Assembly: GCA_951406725.2 (NCBI GenBank)
Contig: OX597816.1
Location: forward strand, 157,914,001-157,978,000
DNA from: Octopus vulgaris
Taxonomy: Eukaryota
Length of the DNA: 64,000 nt
Direction of reading: 5' to 3'
Shown here: positions 63,632-64,000 of the stretch, one piece after another
Position numbering within the stretch: position 1 is the stretch's first letter
Layout: the number at the start of each line of letters is the position of its first letter
The notes under the pieces: generated by a model
Databases searched by the model: none
What the model saw: the letters and a program-made list of their open reading frames with translations, nothing else
Told to the model about the DNA's origin: nothing
Program-made: the position numbers and the translations under genes

Positions 63632-64000
63632 GTAACTGAGCTGTGTTTTCCAGCAAGTATTTCTAATTAGAATTTTTCAATGTTCACGACATTACATATG
63701 TTAAAACTAACTTATTGATTTTCGGTGCTTTTTAAAATTTTTTTTCTTTTTTTTTTCATGTAGATGATGTCGCTGAGTAATTAACCTCAACGATTTACTC
63801 TTTTTAATCTTTGCATCTTAATTTTGCATAATATCATATATGAGGCTCAATATTCTACGTTGACAGTTCAGAGATCAAATAGATGTTTCATCATTGTTTC
63901 AGTATAGAATGTTATATAGTTGCAATCTCAGTAAATAAAACAAAAATTCTCTATTGTTGATACAATTATGTTACTCTTTCTTTTACTAGTTTCAGTCATT

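Noticed and set aside
1-64000. Most ORFs in the supplied track
   Set aside because: They run through microsatellites, SINEs or RTE 3' UTR (for example the recurring LQLDALPNANH and YIYIYI peptides). Only the mariner-derived ones show protein homology.

Overview
AT-rich, repeat-dense eukaryotic DNA. The SINE/LINE repertoire and microsatellite load point to a coleoid cephalopod, most likely Octopus (inferred from recognised repeat types, not from a search). The only protein-coding exon I recognise confidently is missed by the ORF track: a 117-nt minus-strand exon (16237-16353) encoding the first half of a CSK-type SH3 domain. A likely upstream exon ending in the ATG lies at 28170-28241, and candidate non-coding first exons lie in an ~11-kb CpG-retaining domain (~39.6-50.8 kb) between two strongly CpG-depleted flanks. 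A second, unidentified gene may start on the plus strand near 47.8 kb. The rest is mostly mobile DNA: three tRNA-derived SINE families, an RTE LINE with a PHD finger inside its RT and many 3' stubs of it, a bipartite RTE derivative, decayed mariners, and hAT, piggyBac, Tigger-like and Helentron-type non-autonomous elements. The most unusual observations are a 46-nt 28S rRNA peptidyl-transferase-centre fragment patched antisense into a SINE, a back-to-back pair of tRNA-like units with inverted flanks, a decayed Penelope-type hammerhead ribozyme, and a perfect 22-bp hairpin. I found no complete novel multi-gene system, and nearly all ORFs in the supplied track look spurious.
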